Shown here one piece after another: positions 40,392-50,193 of a stretch of 64,000 nt of DNA. A program made the position numbers and the translations under genes. The DNA is from Sedimentisphaerales bacterium (GTDB taxonomy: Bacteria; Planctomycetota; Phycisphaerae; Sedimentisphaerales; SM23-30): assembly GCA_963662515.1 (NCBI GenBank), contig OY759675.1:302405-366404 (forward strand), given 5' to 3'. Each line of letters starts with the position of its first letter. Position 1 is the first letter of the stretch. The notes under the pieces were generated by a model. The model did not search any database, had not been told where the DNA came from, and saw nothing but the letters and a program-made list of their open reading frames with translations.

Positions 40392-41195
40392 TCAGTTTGA
40401 CAGTTTTAGTATGGTGCCGGTTATATTCATGGCGTTAAAGGCGGCGTGCATAGTTATGGCGGTCAGGATAGAGCCGGTTTTTGAATAGGCATATCCAAAG
40501 CAGCAGCCCAAAACTATAAGTGCGGGAAAGTGCTGGGCGTTAGCGTGCATCAGGGCGAACAGGACGGCACTGGCAATTATACCACGCCAGTTACTGCCTG
40601 AATATTTGATCAGGGAATTTTGCACTATACCCCTGAAGAGTAGTTCTTCCATAATGGGTGTAACTATTGCCGCCGAAAAATACATGGTGACGATGCCGGT
40701 TATTCCAATATTGCCGCTGTTGAGTTCTTTGAGAAATTCATGCTGCTGAATATTATCATAACCAAGTAGTACGCAAACCGAAATAGTAACTGAAAGAGCG
40801 AAGGCCGCCAGGCCAAAAGCCGGCACGCTGTATAGTAGTGCGGTTATAATATTTTTACCAGGGTTTTGGAAGTCAGCAAAAATAGCTTTGGTCCCACCTG
40901 TGAATCTGGTTTTGATGATAAAGCCAAGTATGCAAATAGTAATAATGTTAAGACCGGCTAATAACCCGGCCCGAATGGATAAGCTGGTATTTTCGTTAGT
41001 AAAAACTGTAGTCAGGCCCGAAATACAGATAAACGACAATATGCCCAGTGGAATATCGGCCAGAGACAGGTTGTTGTCAGGCAGGTAGGCATCTGTTAGT
41101 GAGTTGCGTCCCAGATTATGACGCTTAAGCCATTTAATTAAGGTGATTAGGGAAAATAATATCCATATAAGTTGTATGGTTTCAATATCTGTCAT
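40392..41195 (-). CDS. CPBP-family (Abi/CAAX) intramembrane glutamic endopeptidase; ORF open to 41267
   Basis: PIMEELLFRG, FALMH, ITMHAAFN. Confidence 0.88.
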   Translation of the reverse strand: MTDIETIQLIWILFSLITLIKWLKRHNLGRNSLTDAYLPDNNLSLADIPLGILSFICISGLTTVFTNENTSLSIRAGLLAGLNIITICILGFIIKTRFTGGTKAIFADFQNPGKNIITALLYSVPAFGLAAFALSVTISVCVLLGYDNIQQHEFLKELNSGNIGITGIVTMYFSAAIVTPIMEELLFRGIVQNSLIKYSGSNWRGIIASAVLFALMHANAQHFPALIVLGCCFGYAYSKTGSILTAITMHAAFNAMNITGTILKLSN

Positions 41196-41314
41196 AGCAT
41201 TTATAATTTTTTTATAGCTGGTTAATTTTGTCAAAAGCCAGCAGGTATTGTACTGATAAACGGACAAATGTGAAATGATGTTTATTGAAGTATTTTCTCT
41301 GCTATAATAAGGAT

Positions 41315-42121
41315 ATGGATTTGTTAACTGATATTCATTGTCATTTGCATGAGCCCGACTTCGAGAGCGACCTGGGAGAGGTAATAGCTCGTGCGCTAGA
41401 AAAAGGCATAGGGCAGTTCGTTTGTAATGCCGGAGCGATATCAGATTTTGAGCGACTAATTACTATAGCAAAACAATATGATGGTATAGTACCTTGTTTT
41501 GGCATTCATCCCTGGTTTTGCGGCGATCTGCCGGACGGTTGGCAGAAAGAACTGGCTGATAGGCTGGTCAGTCATAAAGCTGGTATAGGTGAGATCGGTC
41601 TGGACAGTTGGAAGCCCGGCATACCATCACTGGAGTTGCAAACGAAGATATTTCGTGAACAGTTGGCTTTGGCACGCGAGCTTGACAGGCCGGTGATGAT
41701 ACACTGTCTCAAGGCTTATGATGAGTTATACCAGATACTTACAAATGATGGAGTGCCGATGTCGGGTTTTTTGCTTCATGCCTACAGCGGGCCATGGACT
41801 ATGATAGTTCCTCTAGCTGAACTGGGCGGCAGATTTAGTTTTTCTCATCCGTGTTTTGCCCCGGACCGAAAAAAAGCCCATAAAACAATAGCTGCTGTAC
41901 CTGTTGACCGGCTGTTATTGGAGTCTGACAGTCCCGATCTGGTAGGTCCGGATCCGTTGCGGCCGTATTCGATCCGCCGGTCTGATGGCAGGTTTCGCAA
42001 TGAACCGGCGAATATATCGGCTATAATTGAAATACTGGCCGCGATAAGGAGAACAAGCCAGTCCGAACTAATACAACAAATAATTAAGAACACCAGAGAG
42101 TTTTTAGCTCCTGTAGTATAG
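41315..42121 (+). CDS. TatD-family hydrolase/DNase
   Basis: DIHCH, FGIHPW, IGEIGLD, IHC.KA, HAYSG, LLLESDSPD. Start revised to ATG 41315. Confidence 0.92.
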   Translation: MDLLTDIHCHLHEPDFESDLGEVIARALEKGIGQFVCNAGAISDFERLITIAKQYDGIVPCFGIHPWFCGDLPDGWQKELADRLVSHKAGIGEIGLDSWKPGIPSLELQTKIFREQLALARELDRPVMIHCLKAYDELYQILTNDGVPMSGFLLHAYSGPWTMIVPLAELGGRFSFSHPCFAPDRKKAHKTIAAVPVDRLLLESDSPDLVGPDPLRPYSIRRSDGRFRNEPANISAIIEILAAIRRTSQSELIQQIIKNTREFLAPVV

Positions 42122-42344
42122 TTTTTTGGCTCTGGCCTTATATTTTGCTTCACATTATTGCTGTTTCCTAATAGAATCACTGAACTTAGGATTTTTCCTT
42201 TGTTATAAACTTAGTTTTTAGAAGCCCTGTTTGGCTAATGGCCAGGTTTGTGTTCAGGTTGCTACTATGTTAGATAGTAATTTGTATCTGGTTTTTTAAT
42301 AATAAGTTATGAATGACATAGTGTTTTAGCTGTCAGGAAGATTT

Positions 42345-42986
42345 ATGGACATATTTATTAACGATGAGCCGGTAGAGCTGGAGTACGAGGCGGGAAAGTC
42401 TCTGTCAGAGATATTGATGCTTGTTCAGGATAATTGTTTTGAGCCGGGAACGATAGTAACAGCCATTTTACTGGATGGTGAGATGTTAGAGCCTCAGCGG
42501 CTGGCCGAGCTTAAAACTCAGCCAGTGAGTGATTTTACCGAATTGAACTTTGTTGTTCGGCCTGCCAATACCTTTGCTGCTGAAGGATTGATAACAGTTT
42601 GTGGCCATCTGGATCATAGTATAGCCTTGCGTAGTGAGCTGGTAGAGTCATTACAACAGGGCAATACTCGTGTGGCTATGCAGAAGCTCAATGATTATAT
42701 AAAATTCTGGTCTGGTTTACAGTCAACGCTGGCCAGTGCGTGCCGGATCGTTAATGTTGATGTTGAATCGCTCGAAGTGGTCGATGAAGATCAGGGAGCG
42801 ACTCTGGTGGTAATGGAGCATATAAGCAGTTTGTCGGATCAGTTGTCAGAGGTAAAATCGGCTCTGGAATCAGGCGATATGGTATTGCTCAGTGATATAA
42901 TAGAGTATGAGTTTTCGGATCTTACTGCTAACTGGCGCAATCTATTGTACAAGATGGCTTTACAATTTGATCCGAATTTGGAATGA
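42345..42986 (+). CDS. Hypothetical protein (beta-rich N-terminus, helical C-terminus with D.VLL.DIIEYE)
   Basis: CAGGAAG upstream; ATGA coupling to tmk. Confidence 0.75.
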   Translation: MDIFINDEPVELEYEAGKSLSEILMLVQDNCFEPGTIVTAILLDGEMLEPQRLAELKTQPVSDFTELNFVVRPANTFAAEGLITVCGHLDHSIALRSELVESLQQGNTRVAMQKLNDYIKFWSGLQSTLASACRIVNVDVESLEVVDEDQGATLVVMEHISSLSDQLSEVKSALESGDMVLLSDIIEYEFSDLTANWRNLLYKMALQFDPNLE

Positions 42987-43612
42987 TCCGAATGAATATA
43001 GAGTCTCTCAAGGGTAGATTTATAGTAATAGACGGCCCAGATGGTGCGGGTAAGAGTACGCAGGCCCAGATGCTTGTTAAGTATTTGCAAGAGGAGGGTC
43101 TGGAAGCGGAATTGGTGCGCGATCCAGGCGGAACAGAGATCGGCGAGAAGATTCGTGCCATTTTATTGGATAATGCCAATGTGGCTATGAGTGTCCGCTG
43201 TGAAACTCTGCTTTATATGGCTAGTCGGGCCCAGTTATATCATGAAAAGATAGCACCGGCATTAGCCGCCGGTAAGTGTGTGATCTCTGATCGATGGGTA
43301 TCAAGTACCTATGCCTATCAGGCTATTGCCGGCGAGGATGGGGCCGAGTTGGTTTTGACCCTGGCCGATGCTGCTTTAGAGAGGCCCTGGCCAGATCGCA
43401 CAATTTTATTGGACCTGCCTTCCGAGTTGGGGTTGACAAGGGTTGGCAAAGAGCGGGATCGTATGGAGAGTAAATCGCTGGAGTTCCATAGAGCAGTCAG
43501 GCAGGCTTATCTTGACCTGGCCAGTATTCGTAATGATTTTAAAGTATTGAGTGCTTCTGGTTCGGTAGCTGATATTCATCGCGATATTCTGAATTGTTTA
43601 TCTGAGTTCTGA
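42983..43612 (+). CDS. tmk: Thymidylate kinase
   Basis: FIVIDGPDGAGKSTQ, RDPGGT, SRAQ, VISDRW, PDRTILLDLP, DRME. Confidence 0.95.
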   Translation: MIRMNIESLKGRFIVIDGPDGAGKSTQAQMLVKYLQEEGLEAELVRDPGGTEIGEKIRAILLDNANVAMSVRCETLLYMASRAQLYHEKIAPALAAGKCVISDRWVSSTYAYQAIAGEDGAELVLTLADAALERPWPDRTILLDLPSELGLTRVGKERDRMESKSLEFHRAVRQAYLDLASIRNDFKVLSASGSVADIHRDILNCLSEF

Positions 43613-43952
43613 GCGTGCAAGGGTTGTGTTCTGGGCCGACCTTATGCTGTGGTGTAAGGATATAGATGTCGGGTAAGGTCCAATAATTTTTTGGGTTATA
43701 TTTATTTTTTTATTGTCTGATTTTGTTTAGTTTTAAATGAGTGTGTCTTTAGTGGTGGGTATAGAATAACTGTTTTATTCACATATACTTAGTTATTGTG
43801 GGATATTCAAGCATATTTATATGTATATCCGGCATGATTAATTCAGGTATAACTGGTTAAAAAAGCAGATTATAAGTTATATGTCCGGCTATTTAAACCG
43901 ATAGCTTCTTTATGGAAATGTGAACTATATATAGTTAAGGCCTGAAAGACAG

Positions 43953-44276
43953 ATGATAAGAAAACATATCCTTTATACAAGATTAGCTATATTTGCGGCG
44001 GCACTAAGTATGGCCTTATGGCACATGGCTGGTGAAGTTGGTCACAATACCGATGATAGCGGTGTTATTCTGGCCGATCGTACCAATCGATATCTCGATC
44101 TTAGCCTGGAAGAACTCTTGACAATAGAGGTTGTATCTGGTGAAGGTTCTAATCGTCAATCCTGGCTTGATAGCCGGAGAGGTTCTTTCCTGGTTTCAGG
44201 TTTAGAAATTACAATGGTTTATCCAGCCGATAAGATAAACAGTTCAATTATAACAGGTGATAATGCAGTATGTTAG
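43953..44276 (+). CDS. Small exported protein resembling only the N-terminus of a TonB-dependent receptor (or a truncated-receptor remnant)
   Basis: Signal-like N-terminus, then LDLSLEELLTIEV and a degenerate plug start; stops at 107 aa and overlaps yfiR. Confidence 0.55.
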   Translation: MIRKHILYTRLAIFAAALSMALWHMAGEVGHNTDDSGVILADRTNRYLDLSLEELLTIEVVSGEGSNRQSWLDSRRGSFLVSGLEITMVYPADKINSSIITGDNAVC

Positions 44277-44853
44277 GAACAAAATAATACTGGCAGTGTT
44301 AAGCATGCTGTTATTTGCTATTCCGGTTATCGGGCAGGAGAGTTTAGCTGCCGGAGACAAGGAAAAGGAATATAAGGTAAAGGCTGCCTTTGTCTATAAT
44401 TTCATGAAATTCGTAGATTGGGAAGGTATGTCGATAGCTGGCTTTAAGGATAAGCCAGATTTAGGTTTGGGGGTAGTTGGTGATGATCCGTTCGATGGCG
44501 GTCTGGAGGCGCTTAAGAGTAAGACGGTTGGAGATAAAAAGATAGCTGTATATTATTTCACTTATGATTCATTAGCCGACGAATCTGAGAGTAAGCAACT
44601 TTCCAGTTGTAATGTAGTATTTGTAAGCAAGTCGGAACAGAAGCATTATGCAGAGATAGCGAGCAAAGTAGCAGATAGCAGTGTTCTGACGATAGGTGAT
44701 GAAGATAGTTTTGCTAATTCCTGTGGGGTAATTAGTTTTGATATTGAAAAAGGTAAGGTCTGTTTTGATATTAATCTTAATAATGCCAAAAAGTCAGGAA
44801 TAAAGATCGATGTTAAATTACTAAAATTGGCGCGTAAGGTCTATAAAGACTGA
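44257..44853 (+). CDS. YfiR-family (DUF4154) periplasmic protein
   Basis: EYKVKAAFVYNFMKFVDW, CNVVFVS, VLTIGD, FDINL..AKKSGIKID.KLLKLA. Confidence 0.9.
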   Translation: MIMQYVRNKIILAVLSMLLFAIPVIGQESLAAGDKEKEYKVKAAFVYNFMKFVDWEGMSIAGFKDKPDLGLGVVGDDPFDGGLEALKSKTVGDKKIAVYYFTYDSLADESESKQLSSCNVVFVSKSEQKHYAEIASKVADSSVLTIGDEDSFANSCGVISFDIEKGKVCFDINLNNAKKSGIKIDVKLLKLARKVYKD

Positions 44854-44874
44854 CAATGTGCCGGCAGGACGGTA

Positions 44875-46827
44875 ATGATGGCTTCAGGAACGATTAAGAG
44901 TAAACTGATAAAGATAATAGTTGGCGTATCGCTGATATGTCTGATCGTTTCCAGTTTATGTTTTTTGCTGTGGTTCTCATATATATTTAAGGATAACCTG
45001 GTAAAGACACTGGAGGTGCAGGCACATATAACGGCGGAGAATTGCAGTGCGGCTTTAGCCTTTGAAGATAAGGATGAAGCTGCCAGTGTTTTATCTGCAT
45101 TGCGCCATAATAAAGAGATCGTCAGTTGCATATTATTTGATAAGACACATGAATTTTTTGCAGCATACCCGGCTGATACACCTGCTGATTTTAATGGCGA
45201 AGACTATTGTGTTATTAAATATATGGTTAACCTGGAGGGTGAGCATCTGGGTGAACTTACCATTTTTGGATCATATAGTAAGTTTTATTCGACTATATAC
45301 TATGGTGCGGCTTTAGTATGTGTTATGTCAGTGTTTTGCTTTTTCCTCTCGCTGTTATTAGGTGGTAAGATGCAAAGGCTGATCTCAGTGCCCATCTTGA
45401 AGCTAAAAGATGTTACTTATGAGATAACGCAGAGCAAGGATTATTCTACTCGCATTGAAGTTATAAGTGATGACGAAGTAGGTTCACTGGCGGGTGCGTT
45501 TAATGAGATGTTAATGCAGATACAGGATCGAGACCGGGAATTACAGGTATATAATAAGGAGCTGGAAGCCAAGGTAGAAGAGCGTACTCGTGAGCTGGAA
45601 GAGTCGATGCACAAGGCTCAGGATCTGGCAGATAAAGCCCAGATAGCTAACCGGGCCAAGAGTGAGTTCCTGGCCAATATGAGTCACGAGCTGCGTACCC
45701 CGATGAACGCTATAATTGGCTTTACTTCTGTAATATTATGTGAAGAAATATCTCCGCAGCATCGTCAGTATATGATGACAATAGACAGTAGTGCTCGAAA
45801 TCTGCTGAAAATATTAAATGACATACTTGACTTTTCCAAGATCGAAGCTGGTCGGCTCGATATAGAAGCGATACCGTTCAGCCTGCTGCATGTGTTGGAA
45901 GAGATAAGGTCAGAGATGAATCCTCTTGCCGTTGATCGAGGTATAACACTTGAGGTATCATGTGATAATAAGGTTCCGGTGGCACAGATAGGCGACCCGT
46001 TGCGTCTGAAGCAATGTCTGGTGAATCTGATCGGTAATGCGATAAAGTTTACCCACGAGGGTACGGTCAGTCTGAATGTTAATTTTGAGCCGGACACGAA
46101 CAATAAAATGCTTCGTTTTGAAGTTAAGGATACCGGTATTGGTATTCCTGAAGATAAGATAAAGTTGATCTTTGAGGCATTTTCACAGGCAGATGGCAGT
46201 ACCAGCCGGAAATATGGTGGCACTGGTCTTGGCTTGTCGATCACGCGTAATCTGGTGAAACTGATGAATGGCCGGCTGGCCCTGGAAAGTGAATTTGGCG
46301 TTGGCAGTACATTTTCAGTTGTGATGCCTTCCAGGCCATGTACTACTGAGGAAAATGCAGAGAGCCAGGAAGAGCCGTTAGTTAAAACAGAAACAGCTTC
46401 TGAGCAGATCGATGAATACACTTTTGAAGGAGCCAGGATCCTGATAGCAGAAGATAATATGTCTAATCAGGAGTTATTAAAGACATTTCTATCTAAAACA
46501 AAGATAGAATATGAGATTGCACCTAATGGTCTTGATGCTGTTAATAAATGGCAGACAAGCAAAGATTATGACATGATATTTATGGATATACAGATGCCGA
46601 TAATGAACGGTTATGAAGCAGTGATAGAGCTGAGAAAGAATGGCTGCACAGTGCCGATAGTAGCTTTGACCGCTAATGCTATGCAAAGAGATGTTCAGCA
46701 ATGTCTGGCGGTAGGTTGTGACTGTCATGTAGCCAAGCCCCTGGACCGTGATACCTTCTTGTCGGTATTAAAAAAGTATCTCATTTCAGTTAGTGCAGGG
46801 GCTGGTAATATAGATGAGTCAAAGTGA
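44875..46827 (+). CDS. Hybrid sensor histidine kinase (CHASE8-like - HAMP - HisKA - HATPase - REC)
   Basis: AENCSAALAFED..EA..VL.AL; DEVGSLAGAFNEM; FLANMSHELRTP; NLIGNAIKFT; GGTGLGL; IFMDIQMP. Confidence 0.93.
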   Translation: MMASGTIKSKLIKIIVGVSLICLIVSSLCFLLWFSYIFKDNLVKTLEVQAHITAENCSAALAFEDKDEAASVLSALRHNKEIVSCILFDKTHEFFAAYPADTPADFNGEDYCVIKYMVNLEGEHLGELTIFGSYSKFYSTIYYGAALVCVMSVFCFFLSLLLGGKMQRLISVPILKLKDVTYEITQSKDYSTRIEVISDDEVGSLAGAFNEMLMQIQDRDRELQVYNKELEAKVEERTRELEESMHKAQDLADKAQIANRAKSEFLANMSHELRTPMNAIIGFTSVILCEEISPQHRQYMMTIDSSARNLLKILNDILDFSKIEAGRLDIEAIPFSLLHVLEEIRSEMNPLAVDRGITLEVSCDNKVPVAQIGDPLRLKQCLVNLIGNAIKFTHEGTVSLNVNFEPDTNNKMLRFEVKDTGIGIPEDKIKLIFEAFSQADGSTSRKYGGTGLGLSITRNLVKLMNGRLALESEFGVGSTFSVVMPSRPCTTEENAESQEEPLVKTETASEQIDEYTFEGARILIAEDNMSNQELLKTFLSKTKIEYEIAPNGLDAVNKWQTSKDYDMIFMDIQMPIMNGYEAVIELRKNGCTVPIVALTANAMQRDVQQCLAVGCDCHVAKPLDRDTFLSVLKKYLISVSAGAGNIDESK

Positions 46828-46970
46828 GTTGTTATGTGATATGTCTGAGGAAGTTGGAATGCGGTATGTTATAGGACTATGTCGTTAGCTAAGGATTCAG
46901 TTTTTCATATTAAGATACTTGCTTTGTTGTTGTGATGAAGATGAAAGCTAAAATAATCTTTGATTTTAGA

Positions 46971-46998
46971 TTAATTACACGAAGTAATGAGCCGAAAT
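46971..46998 (+). promoter_or_regulatory. Putative sigma28 promoter (classical spacing)
   Basis: TTAAT 46971-46975, 15 nt, GCCGAAAT 46991-46998. Confidence 0.45.
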
Positions 46999-47006
46999 AA
47001 TAGATA

Positions 47007-48596
47007 ATGAAGTCTGATAATACAAAACGGAAGATACTTGCGATTGATGATAACCCAGTTAACCTTCAATTGTTACAGGCAGTGATCAAACGAGCCCAGG
47101 ACATAGAGGTTGTTGTGGAATCTGATGAGCGTAAGACAGTAACTCGTGCTATTGAAGAAAAGCCCGATATTATTCTGCTGGATGTAATGATGCCGCAGAT
47201 AGATGGTTTTGAAGTTTGCCATCTGCTCAAGAATAATGAATATACGGCGAATATTCCCGTTATTTTTCTCACAGCAAACAGTCAGACTACAGCTCAGATA
47301 AGTGGTTATGCCAGTGGTGCGATCGACTATATTACCAAGCCGTTCGAGCCGGAGATATTGATGAGTAAGATCCGGGTTATACTCAATATGATAATTCACC
47401 TGGAAAATCTGCTGGAAGAGGCAAACACTGATAAGCTCACCGGCTTATACAACCGCCGCTATTTGCAGGAGGTGCTTTCGCCGTCAGTGCGGGATGCAAG
47501 TTTGCATGACCGTGATCTTTCACTTATTATATTTGATATCGATTATTTTAAAAATATTAATGACACCTTTGGTCATCTTACAGGTGATCTTGTACTTAAA
47601 CGCATATCGGCTAAGGTAAAGGAAAATCTCTATGCTAATGATATAATGGTTCGTTATGGCGGCGAGGAATTCCTGATAATCCTGAAAAACACTGAGATAA
47701 AAGTGGCCGAAGAAATAGCCCAGAAATTGCGTAAGGTGGTAGAGGCTATAACCTGGGAATTTACGATAGAGCCATTAGCAATAACCGCAAGTTTTGGTAT
47801 TGCCAGTACCCGTACGGTTCAATCAGATGATAGTGAAGATCTGATAAGGGCAGCGGACAGGGCTTTGTATGTAGCTAAAAATCGCGGTCGTAACCGGGTT
47901 GTTTGTAATAATCAGATAATTGCCGAAGATGAGGAGCGACTGGACGAACAGCAGACCGCCAGTGAGCTGCGTAATAAGGTAAATGAATTAGCTGGTAAGC
48001 TCAAAGAGCAGATATTTGAGGTTTTAAAGGTATTTGTGAAGACTCAGGAGATGCGGTCCCCATATCTGGCTCAGCAGTCATGTAAGGTTGCTGGTTATGT
48101 AAAAAAGGTGGGAACGCATATGGGCATATTTGAACGACACCTCGATATGATCTATAACGCGGCCATTTTGCATAATGTTGGCAAGTTGTCATTGCCAGAC
48201 AGTATAATCCAATGTGGTAATATGTTAAGCGAAAGTGACCAGAAGGTGCTCAAGCGGCACCCGCGGATGGCGGCAGACATTTTGGGTGTGACCGAATTGT
48301 TCCGTGATGAAAAAGAGATCGTATTGCATCATCAGGAATATTATGATGGTACAGGTTATCCGCGTGGCTTGTCTGGTCGCGAGATACCATTTGGTGCCCG
48401 GCTGCTGTTGGCAGCGGTAACCTGGGACGCGATATTGAGCGGCCGTGGTTATAGAGAGCCCAAGAGTGTTGCAGAGGCAATGGAGATATTCAAGACTCTG
48501 TCTGGCACACAGCTTGACCCGCAGATAGTAGAGGCTTTTGTCGAACTGGCAGAAACAGGTGACCTGGTCTGCAATGATGAGATGGTAATGTTCTGA
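47007..48596 (+). CDS. REC - GGDEF - degenerate HD-GYP protein (response-regulated diguanylate cyclase)
   Basis: REC LLDVMMP; DIDYFK.IND.FGH..GD, RYGGEEF; HD-GYP-like LHNVGK...DGTGYP. Confidence 0.9.
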   Translation: MKSDNTKRKILAIDDNPVNLQLLQAVIKRAQDIEVVVESDERKTVTRAIEEKPDIILLDVMMPQIDGFEVCHLLKNNEYTANIPVIFLTANSQTTAQISGYASGAIDYITKPFEPEILMSKIRVILNMIIHLENLLEEANTDKLTGLYNRRYLQEVLSPSVRDASLHDRDLSLIIFDIDYFKNINDTFGHLTGDLVLKRISAKVKENLYANDIMVRYGGEEFLIILKNTEIKVAEEIAQKLRKVVEAITWEFTIEPLAITASFGIASTRTVQSDDSEDLIRAADRALYVAKNRGRNRVVCNNQIIAEDEERLDEQQTASELRNKVNELAGKLKEQIFEVLKVFVKTQEMRSPYLAQQSCKVAGYVKKVGTHMGIFERHLDMIYNAAILHNVGKLSLPDSIIQCGNMLSESDQKVLKRHPRMAADILGVTELFRDEKEIVLHHQEYYDGTGYPRGLSGREIPFGARLLLAAVTWDAILSGRGYREPKSVAEAMEIFKTLSGTQLDPQIVEAFVELAETGDLVCNDEMVMF

Positions 48597-48614
48597 TCAG
48601 GCAGGGGCGGTTCT

Positions 48615-48833
48615 TTAATTGCCCACAATGAAGTCAAATATATTGCCCAGCATGCTGGTTTCGGCTTTGTATATCTCGGTGTATTTGCACTGGGTGCAGG
48701 TTACAGTTGAGAATTTCTTATTCTGGATGTCGAATAATTTGGAAAGTCCGCCGCCAGTCGCTGCAAATTGCCCAACCTCATAATTTGTATTACCGCACTT
48801 TATACAGTGCCAATTTTTATTACCTTCACTCAT
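48615..48833 (-). CDS. Zinc-ribbon protein (DUF2082-like)
   Basis: CIKC...TGGGLSKLFDIQNKKF..VTCTQC.YTEIY. Confidence 0.85.
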   Translation of the reverse strand: MSEGNKNWHCIKCGNTNYEVGQFAATGGGLSKLFDIQNKKFSTVTCTQCKYTEIYKAETSMLGNIFDFIVGN

Positions 48834-49155
48834 TATTATTACCTTTCCTTATTCATTCTTGCAGGTTCTTTATTTGTACTTGTTGAACCATATTTTTCGG
48901 TCGGTATTGCAGTAGCATTTTCTGCTTACCAGGATAATACTATCTATTTTTAATTTGTCTGGCAATAAAAATGTTGTATTTAACCGTTTACGGTTACTGT
49001 TGTATTATATTTAAATAAGCTTTTTTTGTTGTTATTTTTTCATTTGTAATACTATAGTCGCAGGTTATAATAATACACAGAAGGATCAGTTTCGCCTGAA
49101 GTCCTTAATGTCTGGGGATTTTGGCCACTGTATAAATCTTGTTACAGGTGTAGTT

Positions 49156-50127
49156 ATGACTGAATCACAGGTTAATGGCAGGGATGTCGGTTTGCCAGGG
49201 AATGGCAACGGTAATGGCGGTAAGTTTTTCTCCTCTTTTTTCACATCTGGTAATGTGCTATGCCAGGCAGAGATAGGCGATCGTGAAGATATAATCATGC
49301 GTCTGCTGAAATTGCTGGCTATGGAAAAAGGCATAGGCAATGTACAGCAGGCATTTGATGCTATAATGGACAATGAGAAGATAATGCCATCGATAATGGT
49401 GCCTGGTCTGGCTGTTCCTCATGCTCGCTTATCAGGGGTAGATAATATCACTGTAGCGGTAGCTACCAGTCGTAAAGGTTTTAGTTATGCCGATACAGTG
49501 GCAGAGCCTGTGCATGTGGTCGTGCTGATATTGTCGCCTAAAACCGCACCAGGTTCCCATTTGCAGTCTTTAAGCTCGCTGGCCCGTATATTTAGAGAGC
49601 CAGAGGCTGTGCGGGTGGTAAGTGATCTTGAAACTTCCGCTGAGGTCTGGGAGTTTTTTCATTCGGGCGGGGTTTTGCTGCCAGAATATTTGCGTGTGCG
49701 AGATGTGATGAGGCCGGTTGAGGTGGTATTACATGAAAATGATACGCTGGCCAAGGCGATAGATCTTTTTGTTAAGTATGGTCGAATAGATCTGCCGGTG
49801 ATAGATAATGAAAAAGAGCTTATTGGAGTAGTGACTTCTTATGAACTGTTAAGAGTGTGTTTACCTGACTATATTCTCTGGATGGATGACCTTTCGCCAA
49901 TCCTGAAGTTTGAGCCTTTTGCCGAGGTGTTAAGGAATGAGAGCCGTACCTGGCTGGTAGATATTATGGCCAGCGATTATGCCACTTGTGAGGTTGACAA
50001 GCCGGCGATCCAGGTTGCCAAGGAGTTTACTCGCTGGAGAGTTGATCATGCCTATGTGCTGGAAGGCAGAAAGCTCGTTGGTGTGGTGTCGCTGGAAAAC
50101 TTCCTCCGGCAAATATTGCGTGAATAG
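49156..50127 (+). CDS. PTS EIIA (PtsN/fructose-like) domain fused to a CBS pair; ORF open from 49108
   Basis: GLAVPHAR (phospho-His), HLQSLSSLAR; VRDVM...LPVID...LIGVVT, LVGVVS. Confidence 0.85.
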   Translation: MTESQVNGRDVGLPGNGNGNGGKFFSSFFTSGNVLCQAEIGDREDIIMRLLKLLAMEKGIGNVQQAFDAIMDNEKIMPSIMVPGLAVPHARLSGVDNITVAVATSRKGFSYADTVAEPVHVVVLILSPKTAPGSHLQSLSSLARIFREPEAVRVVSDLETSAEVWEFFHSGGVLLPEYLRVRDVMRPVEVVLHENDTLAKAIDLFVKYGRIDLPVIDNEKELIGVVTSYELLRVCLPDYILWMDDLSPILKFEPFAEVLRNESRTWLVDIMASDYATCEVDKPAIQVAKEFTRWRVDHAYVLEGRKLVGVVSLENFLRQILRE

Positions 50128-50193
50128 CAGCGGTGCGAGTTTGTCAAGTTATAGTGGTCATATAAGCATTGTCATTTATAAGGTGCGTATATT

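Noticed and set aside
43613-43952. AT-rich gap with a DnaA-box-like TTATTCACA (43775) as a possible oriC
   Set aside because: Only one good box, similar single boxes occur elsewhere (33786, 36825), and no skew change is evident.
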